Origin: an uncultured archaeon
GTDB lineage: Archaea; Iainarchaeota; Iainarchaeia; Iainarchaeales; JAAZKV01
DNA: 64,000 nt
Assembly: GCA_964590155.1 (NCBI GenBank)
Contig: CAZPWC010000001.1
Coordinates: forward strand, 9,651-73,650
Reading direction: 5' to 3'
How positions within the stretch are numbered: position 1 is the first letter of the stretch; every line of letters begins with the position of its first letter. The notes beneath the pieces were generated by a model, which did not search any database, had not been told where the DNA came from, and saw only the letters and a program-made list of their open reading frames with translations. A program made the position numbers and the translations under genes. Shown piece by piece: positions 37,026 to 45,886 of this stretch.

Positions 37026-37152
37026 TTTTTAGAAAAACTAATTTAGAAATTCTTTTTTAGAAAATGAATTCACAAAATGGACTTGAAAAATAAATTTGAA
37101 AAATTAACTTAGAAAATTAATTCATAAAAATGAATTTGAAAAAGCATTCCTT

Positions 37153-38685
37153 TTAGCCTTCAGAAGAAACCATTTCCAAAACTTTCTTAGGATTATAATA
37201 ATAGGTTTGGATAACTTCCAAAACATCTAATGGTTTTGAAACGTTCTTTTCAATCATCCACTCAATAATCATCCTCCGCGTATCAATTTCTTTTTTGATT
37301 TCATTTTTTGTTAAACCTGACTGCGCTGCTAAAGAATCCATTAAATGACTCGGCACATCAGTTCTGCGAACGCAACCTTTTGCTTCATCAAAGTCATAAA
37401 TATTTCCGAGTAAAACTTTGTTCTCCATCCTAGAAACTTCAGCAATTTCCACAATTGTTCTCTTAAGACCGCTGTTTTTTGTGAACTTTCTTTGCATAAC
37501 AACAATTAAATCAACTAAAGGAAGCATTGATTGAGGAACAGAAAAAGGGCGCTCCTGCAATTTAATAATTGCTTCGCGGGAATTATTAGCATGAACTGTT
37601 CCCAAACAACCAGCATGACCATTATCCATTGCAGTAAAAAGAGTTGTTGCTTCTTCACCACGAACTTCCCCAACAATTAATCGATCAGGACGCATACGCA
37701 AAGAGTTCTTCAACAACTGATTCATTGTTACCTCTTCATCAATAGAGTGCTTCGCTTCAAGAGCAACCCAATTATCCCGACCAAGCAAAGACAATTCCAA
37801 AGTATCCTCAATACTTATAACACGCTCGTGCAAGCGCATAAAATTCGCCAATATATTTAGCATAGTTGTTTTACCTGAAGCTGTGCCCCCAACAACCAAA
37901 ATATTTTTTGGAAAAGCACCAAAACCATCAACAACAACCCACAAAAAAGCCGCTACTTCAGAAGAACAGGTTCCGCCAGAAACCAAATCAAGAACTGTCA
38001 AAGGAGTGGGAGAAAATTTTCGAATAGTAATTGAAACCCCTTTTGGAGAGATCTCAGAAAACGTAGCATTAACACGCGAACCATCAGGCAAATGCGCATC
38101 AAGCAAAGGAAATTTTTCATCAAAAGACTTTCCAGAACTAACAGCAATCTTTCTTAGCAAAGCATCAATTGATTTTTCATCAAGAGACAAATTAACTTTA
38201 CACATCCCAAACTTTTTATGAAAAACAAAAATGCTGTCAGGAGCATTAACCATTAGTTCTTCTAATTCATCATCAAAAGAAAAAAAGTAAAGTTGTTTCA
38301 AACCAATCGCATTATGCAAAACAATCTCGGCAAACAATCCTTTATTTGAAACAAAAGAAACTTTTGAAACAAGATCAATCATTGATTCAAGAAGAGAAAG
38401 AAAAATTGTTTTAGAAGGCAAAACATCAACTAAACCATTAATTTCAACAACAGAAACGATTTGGTCACGAAAAGAATCAGAAAAATCTTTTGGCAAAGAA
38501 AAAGAATTAAGTTCGGAAAAAGGACTCTTACGCTGAATTATTTGCTGAAGCGATTTAGCAAATTTTGATTCTTTTTCCGAAAGAGGAAACTCTCGCAAAA
38601 CATAAAAGTTATTTGAAACACCCTCAAAAATCTCGGCAAAATCTGATTCAGCAAGCTTTTTTAGCCGCATATCTGTGAAGTCCAT
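37153..38685 (-). CDS. second type II/IV secretion-system ATPase (FlaI/TadA-like), no intein
   Basis: VVGGTASGKTTMLNILANF and contiguous AMDNGHAGCLGTVHANNS. Confidence 0.8.
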   Translation of the reverse strand: MDFTDMRLKKLAESDFAEIFEGVSNNFYVLREFPLSEKESKFAKSLQQIIQRKSPFSELNSFSLPKDFSDSFRDQIVSVVEINGLVDVLPSKTIFLSLLESMIDLVSKVSFVSNKGLFAEIVLHNAIGLKQLYFFSFDDELEELMVNAPDSIFVFHKKFGMCKVNLSLDEKSIDALLRKIAVSSGKSFDEKFPLLDAHLPDGSRVNATFSEISPKGVSITIRKFSPTPLTVLDLVSGGTCSSEVAAFLWVVVDGFGAFPKNILVVGGTASGKTTMLNILANFMRLHERVISIEDTLELSLLGRDNWVALEAKHSIDEEVTMNQLLKNSLRMRPDRLIVGEVRGEEATTLFTAMDNGHAGCLGTVHANNSREAIIKLQERPFSVPQSMLPLVDLIVVMQRKFTKNSGLKRTIVEIAEVSRMENKVLLGNIYDFDEAKGCVRRTDVPSHLMDSLAAQSGLTKNEIKKEIDTRRMIIEWMIEKNVSKPLDVLEVIQTYYYNPKKVLEMVSSEG

Positions 38686-38734
38686 GAGAACCTTTATATA
38701 AAAAGTAATATAATAAGCTTATGAGGGCGAAGAT

Positions 38735-40093
38735 ATGGACAAGTTATACTCGAAAGTACTTAGGAAAGTCACCCCTTCAAAAAAAGAGCTAAAAAAAGAA
38801 GAAAAAATGTTTTTGGAAATCGAAAAAAAGATAATGAAGATTGAGGGAAAACACTCGCACGTTGAATGGTGCGGAAGCTCTGCAAGAAACACTCACTTAC
38901 ACGGAGATCGAGACTTAGACCTATTTGTTATGTTTGAAAAAGAACTTGATGAAAAAGAACTAGAAATTGAAGGACTAAGAATCGGAAAAGCGGTGTTTCG
39001 CGGACAAAAATGGGAAAAAGCTTATTCACAACACCCCTACATTCGAGGAAACTATAAAGGATTTGAAGTAGAAATAGTTCCAAGCTACAAAGTAAGCAGC
39101 GGAGGAGAAATAAAAAGCGCTGTTGACAGAACCCCTTTTCACAACAAGTACTTGCTTAGAAAACTAAGCGAAAAACAAAAACAAGAAGTACGACTACTAA
39201 AACAATTTATGAAAGGAATTAACTGTTATGGTGCTGATTTGAAAAGTTGTGCTTTGCCAGGATATGGAATGGAATTACTAATCTTGCATTACGGAAACTT
39301 TGACCAGACAATACAAGCAATAGCTGAATGGACACCGGGAAAAATATTATTATTTGAAAATGCTGAGGAAAAGGATGCGGAACAATTCAATGGAGCTCCA
39401 CTCATAATAATTGATCCGGTTGATAATAACAGAAATGTCGCATCCGCGCTCTCACTTGAACAATTTGAAAGAATGATTTACGCGACAAAAAGATTCATTG
39501 AAGCACCGGAAGAAAAATTCTTTTTCAGACAAAAAACAAAACCCTTGCCAAAAAAAGAACTAAAAGATGAGCTGAAAAAAAGAGAACTTATTGCTGTGCT
39601 TTCAACTTTTCCAAAAAGTATCTTAGCTGACATCATGTGGGGACAATTAAGAAGGTTTTTGAAAAAAACTGAAAATCGCCTAAAAGAAAAAGATTTTGTT
39701 GTCGAAAGAGCTGACTTGTGGAGCGATGAAAAACAAGTTGCTTTTGTTTTTACTTTAAAAGAAAAAGAACTCCAAAAAGTAAAAACTATTTACGGGCCAC
39801 TAGCGAGCGACGAAGAAAATGCGAAAAGGTTTTTAGAGAAAAAAAGAAAACTAATTTCAGGACCTAGAGTGGAAGAAGGCAAACTTGTACTTGAAGTTGA
39901 AAGAGAAGAAACAATGGCAATTGAAGTGGTAAAAAACCTTATGAAAGAAAGCGCAAAAACAGAAAAAAAAGGAACAAACAGCGTTGCAAGAAAATCCAAA
40001 GTACTTAATGAAGAAGGAATTATAAAAAACTATAAAGGAGAATTTGCAAGCTACTTAACAAGGTACTTGAAAGGAAAAGAAATATTTGAGTGA
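38735..40093 (+). CDS. cca: archaeal class I CCA-adding enzyme
   Basis: EWCGSSARNTHLHGDRDLDLFVMF nucleotidyltransferase motif. Confidence 0.85.
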   Translation: MDKLYSKVLRKVTPSKKELKKEEKMFLEIEKKIMKIEGKHSHVEWCGSSARNTHLHGDRDLDLFVMFEKELDEKELEIEGLRIGKAVFRGQKWEKAYSQHPYIRGNYKGFEVEIVPSYKVSSGGEIKSAVDRTPFHNKYLLRKLSEKQKQEVRLLKQFMKGINCYGADLKSCALPGYGMELLILHYGNFDQTIQAIAEWTPGKILLFENAEEKDAEQFNGAPLIIIDPVDNNRNVASALSLEQFERMIYATKRFIEAPEEKFFFRQKTKPLPKKELKDELKKRELIAVLSTFPKSILADIMWGQLRRFLKKTENRLKEKDFVVERADLWSDEKQVAFVFTLKEKELQKVKTIYGPLASDEENAKRFLEKKRKLISGPRVEEGKLVLEVEREETMAIEVVKNLMKESAKTEKKGTNSVARKSKVLNEEGIIKNYKGEFASYLTRYLKGKEIFE

Positions 40094-40098
40094 AAAAA

Positions 40099-40683
40099 AT
40101 GACCGAAGGCGAATATTGCGGACCAGTTCTGTTTCTAGTACACCCCCAAACACACATTTCAGGAATAGAACAAATATCAAAACAAAATCAGGTACGCGTG
40201 ATAAAAGCACTTATAATGGCTGGAAAAAAAGGAATCCCGGTAATATATGCGCCAGTATATGACCAAGAAAAGAAAAACACTATTTTTGAATTACTAAAAG
40301 AAGTGCCAAAAAAACCAACCCTGATTAGGATTCCTCAAGAAAGCATTTTTGAATGGAGCCCTGCAGAAATCCGCGCAGCACTAAAAAGAAAAAGAATAGT
40401 TCCAACAGAAATAACCCTGATGGGACAAATACGCAACATTTGCGTAACAGAAGCAGCGATTGCCGCAAGAAGCGCATTTCCAAAAATAAGAATTGCAATA
40501 CTAGAAGGAAGAAGTACATTGTTTCTCCCTGCAGGAAAAAGTGAAGTTTCTAAAAGAGTAAATATTAGTCTCCGCAAATGGTATAGAGAAAGAATAGGAA
40601 AACACGGAATTGACAGAACGAAAAAGTTTAGATTAAGTTCAATAAAACCAACTACAAACAGATCACAAAGACGGCTAAAATAA
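40099..40683 (+). CDS. hypothetical protein, possible paralog of 17693..18286
   Basis: Begins at the cca stop. GPVLFLVHPQTH motif. The ORF-track start at 40090 is GTG. Confidence 0.3.
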   Translation: MTEGEYCGPVLFLVHPQTHISGIEQISKQNQVRVIKALIMAGKKGIPVIYAPVYDQEKKNTIFELLKEVPKKPTLIRIPQESIFEWSPAEIRAALKRKRIVPTEITLMGQIRNICVTEAAIAARSAFPKIRIAILEGRSTLFLPAGKSEVSKRVNISLRKWYRERIGKHGIDRTKKFRLSSIKPTTNRSQRRLK

Positions 40684-41021
40684 CTGCAAAAAATAAAAAA
40701 ACGACAAGCCCTAAATTCATACTTCGCTTCAAGTAAAAAAGATTAATAAAGAACAGAAGCGTCTTTTGTAAGGTGATAATATGCCCTTACCTCACAGAAA
40801 ACCTCCCACTCAAAGAAAAAAGGTTCCGCAAAGCCCTGGGAAAATTGCGAGAGTAAGAACAGGAATAATGATACGCGGAAAAGGATTTCCAAAAGGCGGA
40901 ACCGAACAAATAGTTTCTTTTTTTAGACCAACAACTCAAAAACCAGCAACGACAGGCAAAGCCCAAAAACCCCTAAAAAGAAGATCTGGAATTTAAGTTA
41001 ATGAAATGAAGCAAACAAAAA

Positions 41022-41714
41022 TCAAACTTTTTCTGGCAGATAACCTAAAAAATTTTTTGCTTTTGAAATATCAACCATTTCTAGTTCATCTGAAATATTA
41101 AATGTTTCAAACCAAAAATTTCCTTTTAATTCAATCGCTTTTATTACCCCTTGAATAGTGTTAGCCATACTTACTCGCGTACCATGCGGGCCTTCTTTAT
41201 CACCAATTCTTGGAAACCTTAAACTAATTACTTGTATTTGTTTTGTTAAACCATAAAACGCCAAAATGTTTTCCCCAATAACTTTGCTTTGAGAATACAT
41301 TACTGCCGCAGGAACGCAAGACAAATCGTCCGCTTTAAGATACATTGGAACTATTTGCTGATCCTCTTTCAAAGGAAGTTTTACTGGAATTCCGCGCTCA
41401 ACACCATAATACCCAGTAGAGCTAATAAAAATTAAACGATTAATTTTGTTTTCAATTGCCGCCTTTACAACATTCATTGTCCCAACACAGTTAATTTGAA
41501 AATAATCGTCAAATGATTTTGATTCAATTGGCTTTGGGATTGCTGCAGCATGAACAACAATTTCACAGCCCTTCATTGACTCTTTTAGCTGCGAATAATC
41601 TAAAACGTCTTTTTCCTCGGCAATATCATAACCAACAACGGAATGCTTTTTTTTAAGAGCTACAACCAAGGGCACTCCTAAATAACCCAAACTTCCTGTA
41701 ACAAAAACTTTCAT
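41022..41714 (-). CDS. NAD(P)-dependent epimerase/dehydratase-like short Rossmann protein
   Basis: MKVFVTGSLGYLGVPLVVAL. Confidence 0.55.
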   Translation of the reverse strand: MKVFVTGSLGYLGVPLVVALKKKHSVVGYDIAEEKDVLDYSQLKESMKGCEIVVHAAAIPKPIESKSFDDYFQINCVGTMNVVKAAIENKINRLIFISSTGYYGVERGIPVKLPLKEDQQIVPMYLKADDLSCVPAAVMYSQSKVIGENILAFYGLTKQIQVISLRFPRIGDKEGPHGTRVSMANTIQGVIKAIELKGNFWFETFNISDELEMVDISKAKNFLGYLPEKV

Positions 41715-41739
41715 AACTTCACCACTTAACTAAACTAAA

Positions 41740-41823
41740 CGGGCCCGGAGGGAATCGAACCCCCATCTCGAGATAGCTTCTTATTTCCGAAGTCTCGCCG
41801 CTTATCCATTGGCAGACGGGCCC
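41740..41823 (-). tRNA. tRNA-Arg(TCG) with 12-nt intron at 37/38
   Basis: Minus-strand fold: acceptor GGGCCCG/CGGGCCC; D-arm with GG in loop; anticodon stem CGAGA/TCTCG; loop CTTCGG|intron|A; T-arm GGGGG-TTCGATT-CCCTC. Intron 41775..41786. Confidence 0.6.
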
Positions 41824-41942
41824 ATCAAAGCTTTTGATTTTCAAAAGCCCAAAGAACCTTTCGGTCTTGATAAAACAAGGCTTTTAAAGGTTCCCGATTA
41901 GAAAATAATCTATTGAAATAGTATAAAAGACTTGGTGAGAAT

Positions 41943-42098
41943 ATGAAAACATGTACAACATGCAACAAAGTGGTTACTTCAAACAAAACAGAGTTTAAAT
42001 GCCCTGAATGTGGAAAAACAAGCGTTGTTAGATGCGATCACTGCAAACAAACAGCAAAAACATACAAATGTGCTGAATGCGGATTTGTCGGCCCATAA
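41943..42098 (+). CDS. zinc-ribbon protein (51 aa, four CxxC)
   Basis: Hand translation MKTCTTCNKV...CPECGKT...CDHCKQ...CAECGFVGP; not in the ORF track. Confidence 0.5.
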   Translation: MKTCTTCNKVVTSNKTEFKCPECGKTSVVRCDHCKQTAKTYKCAECGFVGP

Positions 42099-42119
42099 AA
42101 CTAATTCTTGGTGAAAAAA

Positions 42120-42389
42120 ATGGGAAAAGTTCTAGTAGTATTCAAAGTATTTTCTGACCCTGAAAACACAGATAAAGTGTCAGAAGCACTAAAAACATTA
42201 AAAGAAGGGGAATGCAAAGAAGTACGAAGAGAACCAATAGGGTTTGGAATTGAGTTACTACGAGTAGGATATGTTATCCCAGACAAAGTTGACGGAGCAA
42301 TGGATGCTTTAGAAAATGCTGTTAAAAAAATTGAAGGGGTTAACGAAGCAGAAGTAGAAGCAATGACACTAATAGACAAAATGATTTAG
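42120..42389 (+). CDS. ef1b: translation elongation factor aEF-1beta
   Basis: MGKVLVVFKVFSDP...EPIGFGIELLRVGYVIPDKVDGAMDALENAV. ORF-track start 42108; ATG at 42120 preferred. Confidence 0.8.
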   Translation: MGKVLVVFKVFSDPENTDKVSEALKTLKEGECKEVRREPIGFGIELLRVGYVIPDKVDGAMDALENAVKKIEGVNEAEVEAMTLIDKMI

Positions 42390-42480
42390 AAAAATGACTA
42401 ATTATTTAACAAAAACAACTTGTTTGGCTGGCATTAAACCAAGCACTATTTTTTATTATTAATCCAACACAACTTACTCT

Positions 42481-44529
42481 ATGATAACTTCACTTGAGCT
42501 AAAAAATTGGAGAACACACTCTGACACCAAACTGGACTTTGGAAAAGGAACAAATGTTATAGTTGGAGTAATGGGCTCTGGAAAAAGCTCAATTGTTAAC
42601 GCAATATCTTATTCTTTATTTGGCACTTTTCCAGGATTAAAAAACAAGAGCGTTTCACTAAAAGAAATAATAATGAACAAACCAAATCAAATGAGCACCG
42701 CAGAAGCCGCGATAGAAATTGAACAAAATGAAACAAAACACCGCGTAGAAAGAATAGTAAAAATGGACGGGACAAACGAAGCGAAGCTATATACTAATGG
42801 AAAATTTGTTGCAGGACCAAAACAAAAAGATGTAAACGAAAAAGTGGAAAAAATACTTGAAATGGATTATGAACTATTTAGCAGAGCTGTTTATTCGGAA
42901 CAAAACGAAATGGATTTCTTTCTAAAATTAACTCCGGGAGAAAGAAAAAGAAAATTTGATGAGCTTTTGCAACTGGAAAAATATGAAGAAGCGAGGAAAA
43001 ATTCTGTTTCTCTACAAAATGAACTAATGAAAGAAAGCAAACAAAGAGAAAAAACTTTAGAACAGCAAAAAGAAATGCTAAAAAACCATGAAGAAGAAAA
43101 ATTAACAAAACAAATAAAAGAAATTGAAGAAGAAATAAAAGAAACACTAATAAAAGCGGAGCAGGCGAAAAAAGAAAATAGAGAACTAGAAAAGAAATAT
43201 AAAGAACTGGCGGAAAAAGAAGAGAAAGCAAGAACTTTAGAGGACAAGATAACTAAAACAAAATCAAAAATAGAAATGCTACAAGAAGAACTTAAAAAAA
43301 CTGAAAAATTAGATGCAAAAGACATTATGGAAACAATAGAAAAATTAAAGAAAGAAATTAAAACACAAAAAGAAAATGAAAAAGAAATTGAAACAAAAGC
43401 AAAAGAAGTTGACACAAAAATAAAAACTATTAGCGAAGAGGTAAAAGTGCTAAGTTACAAAATTAAAAAATATGAAGAAGAAATAAAAGAAATATCCTCA
43501 TTAAAGGGAAAATGCCCCACATGCAGACAGGAAATGGACGAGACACACAAAGAAAAAATAGTTGAGGAAACACACGGGCAAATGCAAAAATCACTTGCAG
43601 AGAAAAAAGAACACGAAACAAACAAATCCAAATTGTTGGACAAATTTTCTTCTCTTGAGAAAACTCTAAGAGATATAAGAAAAAACATTGAGGAAAAGCA
43701 AAAAGAAATTTACATCACCGAAGAAAAAGAGAAAAAATCAAAAGACCTTGAAGAAAAACGAAAAATGCTTGGAGAACTAAACGAAGTGCTCCCTTTAATG
43801 GAAAAACAATCAAAAGAAAACGGTTTTGACAAAAAAGAGCTTAATAAAATAAGAGAACTATTTTTTGAAAAAAAGAAAGAAACAGAACTATTTGAAGCCA
43901 AAGCTAAAGCAAAAACAGAGCTAAAAAAAAGCTATGAAACTATTTTAGCAAAAGTTGAGCAAATAAAAAAAACAATACAAGAAACAGAAAAAGAAACTAT
44001 AAAATATTCTGAATCTTCAAGAAAAATGAGTGTATTTGCAAGCTGCCTAATTGCAACACAAGGGGAATTACGAGAAGAAATGCTTCAAACAATAAACAAA
44101 GCAATGACAAACATTTGGCAAGCAATATACCCTTACGCTGACTTTGTTGATGCAAAACTTTGTGTAACAGAAGAAGGATATGATTTACAAGTACTTACAA
44201 GAACAAACCAATGGACGCGCGTAGAAGGAATACTTTCAGGCGGAGAAAGAAGCGCTGCAGCCCTATGCATAAGAATGGCTTTCGCACTAGTACTAACAAA
44301 AAACCTATCAATGCTAATACTTGACGAACCAACACACAACTTAGATGCTAACGCGGTTCAAAAACTAAGTTCAATGCTTAGAGAAGAAATGCCAAAATTA
44401 GTTGAACAAATATTTGTTATAACACATGATAAAGAACTTGAAAGCGCGGCATCAAGCAACCTTTATTTATTACAAAGAAACAAGAATAATGATGAAGCGA
44501 CAAAAATAGAAACAATGCCAATAATGTAA
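42481..44529 (+). CDS. rad50: Rad50/SbcC-family ATPase with coiled coil and zinc hook
   Basis: Walker A GVMGSGKSS; central CPTC zinc hook within Lys/Glu-rich coiled coil; signature LSGGERSAAALCIRMAFA; Walker B LILDEPTHNLD. Confidence 0.7.
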   Translation: MITSLELKNWRTHSDTKLDFGKGTNVIVGVMGSGKSSIVNAISYSLFGTFPGLKNKSVSLKEIIMNKPNQMSTAEAAIEIEQNETKHRVERIVKMDGTNEAKLYTNGKFVAGPKQKDVNEKVEKILEMDYELFSRAVYSEQNEMDFFLKLTPGERKRKFDELLQLEKYEEARKNSVSLQNELMKESKQREKTLEQQKEMLKNHEEEKLTKQIKEIEEEIKETLIKAEQAKKENRELEKKYKELAEKEEKARTLEDKITKTKSKIEMLQEELKKTEKLDAKDIMETIEKLKKEIKTQKENEKEIETKAKEVDTKIKTISEEVKVLSYKIKKYEEEIKEISSLKGKCPTCRQEMDETHKEKIVEETHGQMQKSLAEKKEHETNKSKLLDKFSSLEKTLRDIRKNIEEKQKEIYITEEKEKKSKDLEEKRKMLGELNEVLPLMEKQSKENGFDKKELNKIRELFFEKKKETELFEAKAKAKTELKKSYETILAKVEQIKKTIQETEKETIKYSESSRKMSVFASCLIATQGELREEMLQTINKAMTNIWQAIYPYADFVDAKLCVTEEGYDLQVLTRTNQWTRVEGILSGGERSAAALCIRMAFALVLTKNLSMLILDEPTHNLDANAVQKLSSMLREEMPKLVEQIFVITHDKELESAASSNLYLLQRNKNNDEATKIETMPIM

Positions 44530-44531
44530 AA

Positions 44532-45257
44532 CTAAAAACCAAGAATATTCCTTACTCGGTTTATTTCTTCACGAATTTCTTCCACTGAAGAAAAAGGCAT
44601 ATCTTCTTCAATAACAAAAGGAACACTCAAGTCCTGCAATGGCTCAATTGATTTTAGAAAAGCTCTGCTTACCTTCAAACAAGGACTATGATCTTTGTGG
44701 TACCTATTATTGCTAAAATGAACTGCTTTTATTCGATGTTTCCATTTTTTTACAATTCTTTCGGTTTCTTCAGCACCCCAATCGTAAGCATGAGAAGCGT
44801 CAAGACACAAACCCCAATCAGTTTTTTCTTCCAACATTTTTTCAAATCCATCCCTTGGACGATTTTTGCCTTTCTTTGGATTCAAGTTTTCGGTAACAAA
44901 AGACATTTTAGGCAAATTAGTAGGAAGCACACTATTTGGGTGAAACACAATATGTTGTGCATTCATTTTTTTGTAGTCCAACGCAATCAAATTAATAATT
45001 GAATTAAAATTTTCTTTCGGCATTAAGTCAAGTGAAAGTCTAAACGGAGAATGAATGCTGACATACTTGTAACTTCTTAATGTGCCCAAATCTTTTTCAC
45101 TAGGTTTTCTTTCTTCATAATGCTTCCCATAAGTATACTCAACCCCATCAATGTCAAGCGAAGAAATAATTTCAAAAATATCTTTTTTCCCGATTAAACG
45201 CCAAAGATTTCCAGTGGCAAAACAAAGAGCCCGCATAGTTAACACTTGAAGAAACAA
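44532..45257 (-). CDS. xylose-isomerase-like TIM-barrel protein (sugar-phosphate isomerase/epimerase or AP-endonuclease-2-like fold)
   Basis: Overall resemblance only. Confidence 0.4.
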   Translation of the reverse strand: MFLQVLTMRALCFATGNLWRLIGKKDIFEIISSLDIDGVEYTYGKHYEERKPSEKDLGTLRSYKYVSIHSPFRLSLDLMPKENFNSIINLIALDYKKMNAQHIVFHPNSVLPTNLPKMSFVTENLNPKKGKNRPRDGFEKMLEEKTDWGLCLDASHAYDWGAEETERIVKKWKHRIKAVHFSNNRYHKDHSPCLKVSRAFLKSIEPLQDLSVPFVIEEDMPFSSVEEIREEINRVRNILGF

Positions 45258-45277
45258 ACAAAAAAAGAATTAATAAC

Positions 45278-45481
45278 TTATTTAGCAGCGTCTTTTTCTT
45301 TTCTTTTAGCTAATCTAACAATATAACCAGCAACAATATTTCTAATGGTTTTTGAGAAACCGAGTTCCATTGTTGAAAGTTCTTTCTTGTTTTTTTCAAA
45401 ATTGTTTCCAAACTTTTCAGGAAACTCTCTTAACAAAACTTCGCCCTTGTATTTCAAAACTTTTGAAACTGATTTACCCAT
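45278..45481 (-). CDS. rps17e: 30S ribosomal protein S17e
   Basis: MGKSVSKVLKYKGEVLLREFPEKFGNNFEKNKKELSTMELGFSKTIRNIVAGYIVRL. Start trimmed to MGK within ORF 45278..45502. Confidence 0.65.
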   Translation of the reverse strand: MGKSVSKVLKYKGEVLLREFPEKFGNNFEKNKKELSTMELGFSKTIRNIVAGYIVRLAKRKEKDAAK

Positions 45482-45510
45482 TAACATCACCAAAAAAACC
45501 AAAAAACTAA

Positions 45511-45717
45511 TTAATACAATTCAACTCTCTTAAAATTTCCGTTAGGATACTTTCTCAAAACAGATAAAGGCAAAACCTTTGCTTCTAACTCTTTTTCAGC
45601 AACATCAAGCATTGAAAGTTCCTTTAACCTTTTAACCAAAGGAGGAGCCCCTAAAGATAATTGAAGCGCTCTTGCTGAAAGAACCCTAGTCAATTCAAAA
45701 CGAGTTAACCTAAACAT
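45511..45717 (-). CDS. rpoK: DNA-directed RNA polymerase subunit K (Rpo6)
   Basis: LTRFELTRVLSARALQLSLGAPPLV. Confidence 0.75.
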   Translation of the reverse strand: MFRLTRFELTRVLSARALQLSLGAPPLVKRLKELSMLDVAEKELEAKVLPLSVLRKYPNGNFKRVELY

Positions 45718-45886
45718 AAAAACACCTTTTAACTAAACTCACCGCGACTAAGTAATTAACCGAAGACAAGGTTTAAAAAAGTAGCTAAAATGACTAAAAA
45801 CAAGCTGCAAAGGAAAAGCTATCCAAACAAAACAAAATCCCCTAAGAGGGGTCAAGATTCACAAAATCGCCAAAATTAAACCTTCT

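Noticed and set aside
33474-37135. Searched this and other intergenic repeats for CRISPR-like architecture
   Set aside because: Repeats are under 25 nt, at most 3 copies, lack unique spacers of regular length, and no cas genes are present. Not CRISPR.
40781-40996. 71-aa basic ORF (MPLPHRKPPTQRKK...) in the cca / epimerase intergenic region
   Set aside because: No recognisable family; Pro/Lys-rich low complexity. Could be a small basic protein, but there is not enough evidence to call it.
42878-43901. Several antisense ORFs inside the Rad50-like coiled-coil region
   Set aside because: They are Ser/Phe-rich mirror translations of a Lys/Glu-rich coiled-coil coding strand. Compositional artefact.
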